A stretch of DNA of 64,000 nucleotides, taken from the NCBI RefSeq assembly GCF_036321535.1, contig NC_087437.1, positions 84,198,001 through 84,262,000 on the forward strand, in the 5' to 3' direction. This document shows, one piece after another, positions 27,285-40,237 of this stretch (position 1 is its first letter; the number at the start of each line of letters is the position of its first letter). Under the pieces are notes generated by a model. It ran no database searches, was not told the origin of the DNA, and saw nothing but the letters and a program-made list of their open reading frames with translations. The stretch comes from Camelus dromedarius. Taxonomy: Eukaryota. The translations under genes and the position numbers were made by a program.

Positions 27285-28117
27285 TTTTAAAAACATTTTT
27301 TAATTGAATTATAGTCATTTTACAATGTTGTGTCAAATTCCAGTGTAGAGCACAATTTTTCCGTTATACATGAACATACATATATTCATTGTCACATTTT
27401 TTTTTCGCTGTGAGCTACCACAAGATCTTGTATATATTTCCCTGTGCTATACAGTATAATCTTGTTTATTATTCTGCATATACCTGTCAGTATCTACAAA
27501 TTTTAAAATCCCAGTCTGTCCCTTCCCACCCCCCACCCCCTTGGCAACCACAAGTTTGTATTCTATGTCTATGAGTCTGTTTCTGTTTTATATTTATGGT
27601 TTTTTTGTTTTGTTTTGTTTTTAAGATTCCACATATGAGCTATCTCATATGGTATGTTTCTTTCTCTTTCTGGCTTACTTCACTTAGGATGACATTCTCT
27701 AGGAACATCCATGTTGCTGCAAATGGCGTTATGTTGTCGTTTTTATGGCTGAGTAGTATTCCATTGTATAAATATACCACATCTGCTTTATCCAGTCATC
27801 TGTCGATGGACACTTAGGCTGTTTCCATGTCTTGGCTATTGTAAACAGTGCTGCTATGAACAATGGGGTGCAGGTGTCTTTTTGAAATAGGGTTCCTTCT
27901 GGATATATGCCTAGGAGTGGGATTACTGGGTCATATGGTAAGTCTATTCCTAGTCTTTTGAGGAATCTCTATACTGTTTTCCACAGTGGCTGCACCAAAC
28001 TGCATTCCCACCAGCAGTGTAGGAGGGCTCCCTTTTTTCCACAGCTCCTCTAGCATTGGTCATTTGTGGACTCTTGAGTGATGGTCATTCTGGCTGGTGT
28101 GAGGTGACACCTCATCG
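27285..28117 (-). mobile_element. Young lineage-specific L1, 5'-truncated (end of ORF2 plus 3' UTR)
   Basis: Antisense L1 tail ttgaattatagtcattttacaatgttgtgtcaaattccagtgtagagc and ORF2-end motifs (ggctgtttccatgtcttggctattgtaaacagtgctgctatgaaca). Degenerate TSD ttaattaatcaaaggtctt (27266-27284) vs ttaagtaagcatagatctt (28118-28136), 15/19 matches, followed by AA as in an L1 endonuclease site. Confidence 0.9.
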
Positions 28118-30499
28118 TTAAGTAAGCATAGATCTTAAAGAAATATGATTTGAAGTTTTCAAATTGGCAGAGAGTAAAACAGATACTAAAATTAAAATTG
28201 AAATTTGGACAAAATAATTTACTAAAAATTATTATTTCAAGATAGTTTATGTTTTAACCTATTTTTTTAAATTGTGACAAAGAACAAACTCTGACATAAT
28301 TATTTAACTTCATTCTGTTCTACTTGGAAATAATACCTTCTATTTTTTTAGGCTCCTTTGAGCCTCTTGATTTCATATTTTTCTCAAGCCAGATAAAAGT
28401 CTGGAATTGCTTCATGCAATAAAGCAGCTTTATTTGGAACTGAAGGCTATATTGTAGTTGTAAGTGTTTATATTTAGTTTGTGAGAACCTTTAGAAAGTG
28501 AAAATACTATTTGGGCCAATATGTCTGCCCCTTTTTTCTGATCCCAATCTCACCTTTCAGCTTTTCATCACACCCTCAAACCCCCTTATTTAATGCCAGC
28601 AAATCGTAGTGCTTCAAAATTTCTTTATGAGGTCTGCTCCCACAGTCATCTCTGATAACATGATTAGACAGAAGATCATAAATACAGAGCATAAATGTTT
28701 CTGAACTGCAGCAGAGGACAGAATCATGAAGCCTTAATTACAAGACTCCTAAGGAGCTCAAATCAATAGCTATGTCACCAAAAGCCCTGCATATCCCATT
28801 CACTTCTGTGAGCAATAAAGCAATGGTCTGAGAACTGCTATAATTCTTTCCTCCAGAATTTTAAAGCAGCACTAGGGGAAAAATAAATAAATAAAGGCAT
28901 GTCTCTAGAAAACGTTTTAAAACATTCTCAATGTTTTAGAACTTTAATTTCCACAGCCAAATGTTATTCTGTTAAATTATATCGTCTGATACTTAAAGGC
29001 TTAAAAAAGGTATCTTTGCAAAAAGTACACGTATATATTCCCAGCAGGTTTAAAATACCAAATCCTAACTAACTAGTATCTCTAAGTATAAGTGCCATTA
29101 CCTTAACAAGATTTACTCTAAATTAATATCCCAGAGGAGTTTATTAGGGATTCACATCACTTCAGAAGTCACAACTGAACAAAAATTGTTCAATTTTGCA
29201 TATTAATTGTTTCCAATTTTCTTCCATAGTGTTAAAATATTCTTAGATATATGAAGTGAAAGACTATTTGATGCAAATTAATGCTTTATGAATCAATGTT
29301 ATTTTTTATTCAAACCCTTACTAGAATAAATTAAAACAATTTAAAAATTACATCTAATTAAATCTGTAACATCAATATGTCTAAGTATGAGTCTTAATTC
29401 TGAAGCTATAAAATAAAAAGTTATGAAAAACAGAGATTGGAATGAAGTATAAAATACTGCTTATTATGTGGAACAACCTAAAGTACTGTGTTTGGTTTTA
29501 AATTTTAGCATATCTGCTCAATACAATGTTTATGTCTATTTAAACCTGATTGAAAACAGTAAGAATAAAAGTACCTCTACCTTTTGTGCTTCTAGAATTT
29601 GAATCTAGATATGCCTTAACAATATTACAGAGAACAGAATCTCAAGTGCAAACATTTAGTAGTACAACTTTTAAAATAAAATATAGTAAGTTATTTAAAT
29701 ACAAATAAATATACATCGTTAGATATGGTAGTATGGGGAAACACAGATTTTTACTATTTTAAAGTGGCTTTTTTGTTACATAGCAGGCCAAGGGTTCTCA
29801 AATTTATGCAAGTAATGATGACCATTCCTAAAGCCTCATTGTGATTTTCCCTTTCTACCATCTCTAACAGCAAAGTTCCAGATAAATTTATATTTTTTTT
29901 ATCATTCTCAGTAGCTTGAATCACAGAATAGATATACAGATTCTGTTCTAACAGTGCCCATATGAGGTTCCACTAAATAAACACAGAGCAAAAAGGGCTT
30001 AATTAATGATGAGAAACTTAGGGCTTCTCTGCACTGTGTTTGGCAGGCAGGAACAGTTAAAGTATCAAGGTAAGGGCATGGATGCCTAGAATGAGGAAAT
30101 GAAAGAGAAAAGAAGGGAATATGTGAAGAAGTGGAGAAGGGCAGGAGGTAGGGAGGGAAAACACACAAAGACCAGACTGAGAATTATCTAGGCTTTAGTT
30201 CTAAGTTTAGTAGTAGTTACTGAGTGGGCCCAGTAAATAGAATTCTATTTTCAGTAACTTAGAATGCTGATTCATAAAATGAAAAATAAAAATATTTTCT
30301 AAGACTCTCCAGACCTAAAATACCACAACTCTCCCTAAAGAAAACTTTCCCATTTCACAGAACTGAGAAGAAACAGAATACTCTGTCAATATACCAACAG
30401 CTTCTACCTTTAACTACTCAGTAGAACCTAGTTCTATTTATTCATATCAATACATTTCTTAACCTTCATTACACAAATGATTTTTAAATATAACTCTTT

Positions 30500-30830
30500 T
30501 ATCTGACAGCCCTGGTGAAACAGACACATAATTAATTAGTACAAATTGTAGCACAGAGGAAGGAGGCATTAACTTTGTGAAGATCTAGATGAATGACATT
30601 TGTGCTAGACCCTGAAGGATGAATAAAATTCCATCACAGAAAAGGAAGAAGAAAGGGACGCCAAGCAGCTAGATAAAATATGAAAAAAAAAAAAAAAAAG
30701 CAAAAGACATGGAAAATACATGGATTATTCAAAAGTAATAAAAACAGAACAGGAAACAGAATTTGCTGAAGTTAGAAAATAATAGGACAAGGCCAAATTG
30801 TGAAGTCCCTTGAATGCCATGGTGAAATAG
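30500..30830 (-). mobile_element. L2 fragment
   Basis: agcacagaggaagg...gacatttgtgctagaccctgaaggatgaataaaattc...gtcccttgaatgccatggt. Confidence 0.55.
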
Positions 30831-30899
30831 ATATACAAGTATGAAAGGAAAAATAGATATACAAGAATAAAAGAAAAAAAAAACAACAATAATTTCCTC

Positions 30900-32192
30900 A
30901 CATGAAACATTTAAACTGTTATCAGGATTTAGACAGTAAGCAACCTAAGGGGCTCAAACATCTCAGATGAAGCATCAGGCAAGTGAGTGAAGCCATTTTG
31001 GATGTCTAGCCTTGGTAAACATCTGCATAGTGGCATAAATGATCCCAGATAAAGTCAGCAGAAGAACCACCCAGCTGAACCCAGTCTAGATTTCCAGACT
31101 GTAAGCAAATGACCTGTAAAAGATAAGGAGTGCTGCTATAACTAAATTCTAAAACACAGCATTTGTTTTGGTAATAAACAGACTGTGGAGACTGGAAGAG
31201 TGGCAAGGAGACTATGACTGGAGGATGGAAGAGCAGTAAGAAAATTACAATTAGCAATAAGATAATGAAAGGTCATCCAACAACTGGTAAGAATACTACC
31301 TGTGACAACTTGGAAAACACAAAAAGCACTTCATAATATTGTGGACTAAATTAAGTTTTCACAACAGATGTTTAAACCGGCCATTTGGCTACATGGGCAA
31401 TTCTTATAACTAAGGAGGATGACTCAGGGCAAAGTCAAGTGATGAAGCCACAGAGAAGCAATCTCAGGTTGCAGAACTGGGTTCTAATAAAAGAACATTC
31501 CCTGCCCCTATAATTAGGAATCCTGATAACATTCATTGGATTTCTGAATCACAAACAGACAGACTGTTTGTTCCCTGCCTTTGGGAATGTGTGAATCTTT
31601 TACAGTTATCCTATCCCTGTCCCATGTGTGCTGTGTATGTGAGGATAGCTTATCTCGTTTAGTCCCTAGTTCTCCAGATCAAGGGGAGATTTAGCTATGA
31701 AGCTTCATTCACATCTAGAACTGATTTCAATGAAGTTCTCCTGAACTTTCAACACAATGCCATAATGGGACAGATCTTTGGGAAGATGTGGGCTTTTGTG
31801 CATGAAGTAGGGACATTCATCATGAGAATTCAGAGAGTAGATTGTGGTATACTGTTACACTGGCAGCTCCTTGCAAACATAATTCTAGGTATTCAGCCCC
31901 TTTTGTAGTCCCCTCATATACTCACTTTATACTTGGCCAAGTGAAAAACTCCCTTCTCAGATTCTTTAATGATGTGAGGTCATACAGAGAGAGGTCCTGG
32001 ATGACAAGTCATCTTAGACTTTCCAACCCGAGTCAAGTTCCCAGCTGAATTCAGCGGCAAGAGTGACCTCTGCTTATTCTACAATAAGCAGAAGAACTAC
32101 CCAGCTGAGCCCTAAAAACTCATACATTATTATACCTTTAAGCTATTAAGTTTTGGGCTATTTTATCTCAATTGCAATAGACAACTGAAATA
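30900..32192 (+). mobile_element. Degraded MaLR with LTR-internal-LTR layout (MLT1G/H class)
   Basis: Both ends share agcagaagaac(c/t)acccagctga(a/g)ccc (~31057-31083 and ~32087-32112). MLT-int-like sequence lies between. The 3' LTR spans 31843-32192, starting tgtggt after a purine-rich tract and ending gcaatagacaactgaaata. Confidence 0.65.
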
Positions 32193-34723
32193 TATGCTTT
32201 CATTTATATTTACTTCTACCACCTATCAAAATAATTAACATATAGTAAGTACTCAAAAATGTTACTAGTTTAAATAGATTAAATGTTCCAACAGAAAAGA
32301 ACAGAAGAAAAGAAAAGTGGTATACAGACATTATTTTTCCTGTCCCATTATATATATACATATATAGTTACATTATTACTTGAGCTACGGTTTATTCACT
32401 TAAATTCTAATTAATTTGCCATTTAGGTTATATTTAATGCAGAGATTCGGATGTGAGATAAGATGTTAATAGACAGCAATATAATCAGTGGTAGAAATTA
32501 TTATCAGAGACTAGAAAGCGGCAAGATGAAGCTTCAAGAACACACAAATAGTTTAAAATGGAAATTGGTGGTAGTGTAAGATACCCTTGTCCAAAAATGA
32601 GGTCTTCACATCCACTCTGACTTCCTTTGTGCTTGTAAATAGCAATGTACTGTATTCAATTGGAACCAAGCATATATGTTTGTGTTTAATAGTCTTTCAT
32701 ATGCTTTATCATTAATTTATTATAACCACTAATTATTGATAAGAAAACTGTGATTTCAAAGTAAGTAAGCCATAGATTTAGAATCCAAGCCTAATCTTCC
32801 AATTTCTGCCATCCACTACAAGATGATGAACATTTGCTCTGTATCCACAGCCTCATTTTTGCAATCAAATAAGTTATAATAAAAATAATAAGCCATAAAA
32901 ACAAATTAGTCTAGATAAGCCAATAATTATCATTTGTCCAAAACATCTCTACCCAACAAGTGAAGGAATTTTAACGTATGTAAATAAGAATGAAATTTCA
33001 CAGAGCAAAAATATTAAGCAAAGAAATATCTAGCTATCAATGACTGTCACTATCTCTGATTCTGTGGTCAATGCCATAAAATATTTTTAATAATAATTAA
33101 TCACATAAATCCTTATATAATTATTCCTTAAGTAATTAAAAACATTATTTTCACCAATATTCCTGCTTCTACCTTATATAAAATATGGCAGAACTACATG
33201 GTTAGTATATGTAATATGTTTTATCCTTGGCTATTACTACCTTCTTAATCTCATTGAAAAGTTATTCATAAATGTGAATTTGTCTTTAGTGCATTTTCCA
33301 ATGTAAAATATTTTATAGAGTACCTTAAAAGTATAATTCATAATGTATTATAACTTATTTCATTCTAAATCCTTGTTATAGGTGAATAAAATTTTTGAAT
33401 TAAAATTTATATAGACAGACTTTCATGAAACACATCTTAATGACTGAATAGTGAAGGAAAGAAAGCTGGTTCACACTTTATAAAAATATACTACAGACAT
33501 TTCATACAGACAATATTTTCAAATGACCTAATATAATCATTACTGGATGCTCTAGTGGACTTTTTGACTTTTAAGAACCTAAGTTTTATAAACAGATAAA
33601 ACCTTTAAAAATTCACATAGATTATCCATGACCCTTATATAGAAACATATTATGTTTTTTCTTATTTATTTTTATCCCATTTAATGTGTGGGAATATAGC
33701 ATCAACAAAGAAGTCAATAAATTCAAAAATGGTACTATAGAAAAAAATGAATAAATAATTCACCATTAAAGGAAAATATATCTACTATATTACTATTTGC
33801 CAAGCAATAATTTTATTTCTATATTTGTATTTTTATTATGAGTCCTAAATCCAAACAAAATTGATATAAATTACCTTTATTAGGGGATATGCAAAAATTT
33901 TTAAGTGTATATATTTATTAGATTAATAAGCTTTCATAAAAGGAATCACATAAAAAGAAAACATTGTTTCATTTTGAAAATATAGATATTCCTTTATCAC
34001 AACTATGTGAAAGGTATGTTTTAAACTTATTCGGCACTGCACTGTGTTAATACTTCCTAACAATTAGATCTTGTACAAACTCCACTAATGTAGTAAATGG
34101 TGAGAAACTGTATTTAATAGTAGCAAAAAATAAATTAAGCTTTAATACATACAGTCAGTACTAAATCACCAAACATGTAACACTCCTATAAACTACCTTA
34201 TATGTTTTGAAACATATATATGATTCATACGCAACATATGAATTCCTCAATTTATTTAAATGTAAGTTCAGTTTACCTAGGTACTATTCAATTATTACCA
34301 TTTTACATGAAAGAAAGCATTACTTTAAAACTGTCTTTAAATGTCATATTATCTGTAAACTACCAAAACATGAAAGACAGACAAATGCCCAAACTGAATC
34401 ACTTTTGCTTTTTGCTTCTGCTATTGATATTGCCTTCCTTTGTAAAAATTAGGTAAATACAGCAAACCATACAGCAACTACTTCACAGAAGGCAATATGG
34501 AAGAACATTTGTCATGGTATATAATTTATTTTACATTTTCATACCCCATCTCCAGTAGGAAAAAAATCAGAAATTATCTTATATTTAATATGAGTTAATT
34601 TCTTCCATAGTTAATCCTGCCAGTAATAGCATTCAAAAATGCCTTATTTGAAAATAAATATACAACAAATTTACCTTTAAAAACCATTATTTAAATGCAA
34701 GGTAAATTATTTAAATGTTTCTT

Positions 34724-34729
34724 TCTTAC
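34724..34729 (-). promoter_or_regulatory. Splice donor of the EPHA6 exon
   Basis: Minus strand CAC G|GTAAGA. Eph homology stops here; the readthrough frame gives GKKETFK then stop. Confidence 0.92.
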
Positions 34730-35393
34730 CGTGGCAAGAACCTTCGATTTCTTCATATCCTGTACTGCAGATACACCTCCCAAGAGGAACTAGCCAATCT
34801 CCGTCAGCTCCACAATACAGTTTAGGAGTGTCACGCTCTTCTGCACTCTTCACACAAGAGCCCCTTACTTCAACCAAGGAGGAAGAATCAACCCTTGGGA
34901 TGGTGTCAGGAAACATGGCCAGGTTACGAACAGTGAAGGGGCATTTTTTGTAGAAAACACGGACTGAAACTAGGGCAATGCAAGCCCCGATGTCTTGAAA
35001 AGCCAGATAAAATCCTTTCCTTTCTATAGGCCCCACCTCACGAATTTCGGTGTTGAGTTTGAGGATGCGATCACCCAGATCCATCTGGGTAAAGCTTTCA
35101 TCAGCAGCAATTGTGTCAATTTTTGTATACTGGCTTGGCTTGAATTTAATTCCATGGGACTCATCTGATTCCACATAATACAGATTAAATGTTTCTTTGC
35201 AAGTCCCCAAGACCCATGGGATGCTGTTACAATCCCTCAGTGTGAACTTCATTTCCACATAAATTTTCTGAGCTGCATCACGGGAGATCCAGTTTGTACG
35301 AAGCCAGTTGTTTTGGTTTGGTTCCATCACATTGCATACCTGGTACGTGTGAATGGGCCTATTGTGTTCATCCATTTCAGTGATGGCATCCCA
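34730..35393 (-). CDS. EPHA6: Internal coding exon (664 bp, phase 0 start, phase 1 end) of ephrin type-A receptor 6: most of the ligand-binding domain plus the start of the cysteine-rich region
   Basis: ORF 34707..35534(-) contains [38 protein letters not shown]...KFTLRDCNS...CKETFNLYY...[26 protein letters not shown]...[26 protein letters not shown]...[29 protein letters not shown], the Eph ligand-binding domain signature. Residues such as [21 protein letters not shown] and AEERDTPK fit EPHA6 as I recall it. Bounded by tttgcag|TGG (acceptor) and CACG|gtaaga (donor). Confidence 0.95.
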
Positions 35394-35420
35394 CTGCAAA
35401 AAGAAAAAAAAAAAAGAAAT
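35394..35420 (-). promoter_or_regulatory. Splice acceptor and polypyrimidine tract of the EPHA6 exon
   Basis: Minus strand reads a T-rich tract then gcAG immediately before the TGG (Trp) codon at 35393-35391. Confidence 0.92.
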
Positions 35421-35564
35421 AAAATGATTATAAAACCACAGTTGTAAACAGATACGAATACTTCCAACATTTTCTATTTTACCAAAAGAAAAAATGACTA
35501 AAAAGGATACAAATGAAGCAAAGCAAAGCAACAATGGTGGAGGATTTTAAACAGGAGATTTCTG

Positions 35565-35780
35565 TTAAAGAGTTTGGGTTCTGAGCATAGCAGCTGCCCT
35601 GGTATGAATCTTGCCTTCTTACATGCTAGTTGCAACACCAAGAGATGCTTTACTTAAGCTCTAGTTTCCTCAGTTCCTCAATGGAACTGATAACAGTACC
35701 AGTTTCATAGGATTGTTGTGAGGCATAAATTAGTTAATATAGGTAAAGAAATTTAAATAGTTTCTGGTACTCTAAAAACA
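35565..35780 (+). mobile_element. MIR SINE
   Basis: agtttcctcagttcctcaatggaactgataacagtaccagtttcataggattgttgtgaggcataaattagttaatat. Confidence 0.75.
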
Positions 35781-35914
35781 ATGTAAAAATAACTGATCGA
35801 TTAACTGATCAAATAACTACACCAATGACAAATGCATTTAGTTACCTATTTGTCTTCATATCCAATTTGTCACAAACTGAGGTGTATTTATCAGTAGTCA
35901 ATTAAATATTTACA

Positions 35915-36370
35915 TGCCATAGACATATTTAAGAAATATTTATTTGTCAGGCACTTTTCTGGGCAGTAGAAACAGAGCACTGAACAAACACTCCTTGCCC
36001 TCATAGATCCTGCTTAGACTGAAGAGAGACAATAAAAATTGTAAACAAGTCAGCCGAATAATGTGGTAGAAAGTACAGTGGGAAAAAAATAAGGCAGGGA
36101 GATGGGGAAGAGGGTCGCAATTTTAAGTAGCATGGCCAGAGAAGGCCTTACTGAGGTAGTGGCATTTAAGTAATGTCTTGGAGGTGAGACAGTGAAACTC
36201 GTGAGGAGGAAACAGTAAGCATAAATCCCTGACGCAGAAGTGTATAGGTATGCTTTAGGTACAGTATGGATGGGCACTAGACAAAGAGGCAAAGAAGGGG
36301 CAAAAAAAAAGCCTTTATAAGCACTGGAAACACTTTGGCTTTCACACTGAGCTAGATCACTGGATTATCT
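35915..36370 (-). mobile_element. L2 3' fragment
   Basis: tgtcaggcacttttctgggcagtagaaacagagcactgaacaaac...ggccagagaaggccttactgagg...actttggctttcacactgag. Confidence 0.7.
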
Positions 36371-38379
36371 TCACTTCTGCGTGTTTACATAAAAGCATTC
36401 TGCCACTTATATAAATAGAAAAATCTTGCTTATTCTTTTTTAAAATTTTAGTAAAAATCTTTGAGCACTCTGAAATCAATTGGTATGTCATTATTTAGAC
36501 ATCTAATATTGCATACTTCTACATTACGAATTTAGATTGTAATGTATTTTATTTTTATAATTATAGTAATTTTCAATAAACAAATTTTATAGTCTTTCTG
36601 GGAAAATATACTAGTTATCATAGTTTCTCATTTGTATTATAGTGGAAATGATAAGCTATTTTCTATAGTGAATAAGTGTTATTTCTTGATATCATACTTC
36701 AGTGATTTATAAAATTATTTAACTCATTCTGTCTATACTCTCTTATTTTAGTTGGCTGTAGAGAGTTTAATCAAGACTGGTGGAATTTCAATTAGTATAG
36801 TTTCTTATAGAATGGCTACTTTCCTTAGTCTATCTTACTGTTAGGCACTAAGTACTTTCAATTATCTACTCTAAATTTCCACAAATAATTTATATTATCC
36901 ATCAAGAAAACTTAAAAATAATTCTTTATCTAAAATTTCATTTGTTAATTGCTTGCTTGAAATTCAGAATATATTTCCAGAAAAATAAATGAATTCTTTC
37001 AGAACTGTGGATGTAATTTTATAAAACACACCCATTGTCTATCACAGGCGATCCAGTAATCTCATGGACACACATGAAATTACCCATCTAAATGCCTTTC
37101 ATCAGCATATCATAGGTCTTATATGACTCCACACTTTAAAATTTAAAGGCAAACCAGCATTATCATAGCTTATCTAAAATGGTAAACTAAGCATTCAGAA
37201 AATAAACAGTAAGACAAGATGCAAATAATAAAATCTAAGAACTGTCAAAATAAGTGTTCAAAATTCTAAGCATTTTATCCACTGGAGAGCCTGTATGATT
37301 ATTCTTATTTTAGATAAATTTCTAATCAGAATTGATTTTGTTTCTGAGGGAATGTATGTAAATTGCATTATTTAAATGTAATATTGCAATGTATTATTGT
37401 TGTCTACACCACATATTCTACTCTCCCGTATAGAAATATAGAGCTATACTCTCAATAAATTCTGTCTGACTAATTACATCTTAACACCTTCAGACTTTAT
37501 CTCTTCATATTAATAAAAAGTATTAACTATGCTCATCAATCAATTCTTCTAAAATATGAGATTAACTAAAATGTGAAAAATTGTCTCTATGACCAAAAAA
37601 AAAAAAAAAAAAAAAACCCACAATCATTACATATCTTTACTTTAATGTATGTTGGGTTTGGGAAAAATGTTTAATAGAAAAAAAGGTCAGGAATTAGGAG
37701 AATATGACATGCATTCTCTGAATCAGGACTAATCTGAACCAAGAGATAAGGAATTAACAAAACATGCACAAATAATGAGAAATGTGGTTCTTCTCAAAGC
37801 ACTGCGTAAGGATGTTTAACAAAATGGTACATCATTTTCTATGTTAAGTTTATGATGTTTGATAAACAATAGTATTTCTTCTCTCTTTAATTAAAAAAAA
37901 AAAAGAAATTAAAATGAGATTCAGGTACCAAAATAGTCAAAACGGATCACATGCTAAATTTCATCTTCGCCAAGAATAATGAAAGTAATTGAAATTAGAT
38001 TTTAAAATTTGAATATGATTAATTAAATCAATAATACAAATAAATTCAAGATTGCTATAAGATCTAAAAGGCTATGAAATTTACTAAAAATATTAACATC
38101 AGTAGACACAGAAATGGTATCGTATTTAAATCATAATGTATCCTTTGGAAATATTGTATTTAAATAATTATATTTGTATTTATATAGTTATACAACCTTT
38201 TAGTTATAATTTCCAAGTATTAAAATTAATAAGGTCTCTAAAAATGTGGGGTCAAAGGAAAGGATGGGAGCATGAGGGCTCACATACCAAATGTCTAAAT
38301 ATTTTTAAATGATATATCATTCTCCAGATAAGATCAGAATCTAAGTATGTTCTATTTGCCTACTTTACAAAGATACTAG

Positions 38380-38899
38380 AAGGCTAAGTTCAAATTTAAA
38401 ATACTTGGAATCCTCAGAATACCATGCCAGCATGTGGTGGTCCATCTAGAGCCAACCCCTAACCTCAGTCAATAGCATTTCTATTCCCTTCCCTGACTAT
38501 CCCATACCATGAAGGGCTTCACACTAGCACATGTATGAGTAATCTGAGGCCTCATGTCCAACCTGTGTCTCTCTGCTACAAAAAGATGCCAACTTTGGTC
38601 CTCTGTTCAACCCAGGCTAAGCATACCAGTAGCACAGTACACCCATTGGTGGGTGGACCCCAACGAGAAGACTTGAAGTTCTTAAAAGAAGGCTGGAAGC
38701 CATCTGAGCAAGAAATTCTGGGGTCTTACCTACAGTGTGGTACAAAGGGAAAGCACAGGATCTAAGTAGCATATTTCCTTTTCATCTGAGGTCACTGACT
38801 CACAAAAAGGGGTGTAGCTAGAGAAGTGAAAGGGCAAAGTCACCTAAAGCTCCAGGAACAGTGTAAGGTCTTCCCTTCCCAGGGCTAAAGATGGTAATG
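38380..38899 (-). mobile_element. hAT-Tip100 DNA transposon, MER115/Zaphod-like
   Basis: gagcaagaaattctggggtc...cacctaaagctccaggaacagtgtaaggtcttcccttcccagggctaaagatggtaatg matches the recalled MER115 terminus (GGGTCTAAGGGCGGTACTG), CpG-decayed. Confidence 0.55.
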
Positions 38900-40237
38900 A
38901 TGAAAAAAATCCTAATTTGGAATGTAAGATACTATAATCACTCTTTAATATCAAAGAGAGTTAAATATTCTAAAAACTTTTAATGTTCTACTTCATTATT
39001 TGGTAGTTGTACCCAATTATTGGGTACCATTATTGGGTAACTTTTACCTTAAACTTTTGCCTTATAAAGTACTTCATGGATACTACAGATCATGTGTTAA
39101 TAAGCAATAAACAATATTTAGTGAATTTACAGTGTATGTTAAGTTCAATAAGAGAAATGAAGAAAGAAGATATAAGAATTTTTGCTGTTCCTAATTTTTA
39201 AGGTAGCAAATTATGAAAACACATTTGACAGCACAGAATTGAATATAAGAAACAAATAAACAGTATATATAATAAACAGAATAAGTGTCCAAAGGATAGC
39301 AACATTTGTGAACTGAGGTGGTTTGGCAGGTTTGGACAAGAAGGAGAAACTTTAATCTTAAAGAATCACAAGATTCAATAAGGTAGAGAAAGTAGAGTAT
39401 AGAAGTTAATTCATAACACTAACCTATATGAATATACTTTTTGGCAATTCAGTCCTATACTACATATAGTTAGTGGGTAAAAGTTTTTGCCCCTATTTAA
39501 AACAAAAACAAACACACATGTACTTATTCTCTAGCTGTGAACTATTCAGATGTACATAGGCCAGTAATTACAGAAATTACAGGATGAAAATATGTATCAA
39601 ACCTAACATTAATTCTGCTGTTAAGTTGATCAATACTGTCAGCTGCTTGCTATTACATAATACACATTCAATCCAAAATACTCAACTTCTCAACCTTATG
39701 TGTTTTTTTATTTCTATGTAGGACTTAAAATACCAATATATAAAACAATTTAATGATATATAATGTAGAAAAGAGCTCACTGAAGCAAAAATTAAATCAT
39801 ATATTCTTCTGCAGAGTAGAGTATCTTGCAAAATTTATCTATTCTTCTGACCAAGATGAGTAGAATAGAGCCCTTCCATCTCATGGTCATTTAATAATGA
39901 CTTTTTTTTGGATCAAGATGTGCAGAAATGAATTACATAACGATAAAAGTAAAAGTTTTGTAACTTCATGTATCCTGCTCAATGAGAAGTTTTAGTTAAG
40001 CAAGAATCACTTGTACACTAAGGGTTCTTTCTTTCATAAATTTCAAGGACATCTTGGATATAATAATTCCTGAGGGCAACTATTTGTATACTGAATTTAT
40101 ATCGTCAAAGCTTTTTCACAAATGTTAACTCATTTGGTTCTCATCAATCCAATAAAGTGAGACAGATATTTTCATTTCTACATTACTGATAAAGAATTAA
40201 ATACTTAGGAACTGTGTGGGCCAAGGACAGGAAACAG

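Larger units (their letters stand above)
1..34729 (-). other. EPHA6: Downstream intron of EPHA6 (continues beyond the window)
   Basis: The next exon (expected to continue the Cys-rich region, ACxPGFYK-like) was not seen in the ORF track or by eye. Confidence 0.8.

Noticed and set aside
27389..27817. Recurrent short ORFs (HKILYIFPCAIQYNLV) here and at 47395-47633 and 49579-49995
   Set aside because: Antisense translations of the same L1 3' UTR family.
35394..35534. N-terminal part of the 275-aa ORF (MLLCFASF...FFFFLQ), which looks like a signal peptide
   Set aside because: It is intronic readthrough of the T-rich polypyrimidine region upstream of the acceptor. Eph homology starts at W (35393).
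37594..37616. Isolated poly(A) runs (also ~22814-22832 and ~30683-30699) as retrocopy tails
   Set aside because: No upstream SINE, LINE or mRNA-like body or convincing TSD was recognised.
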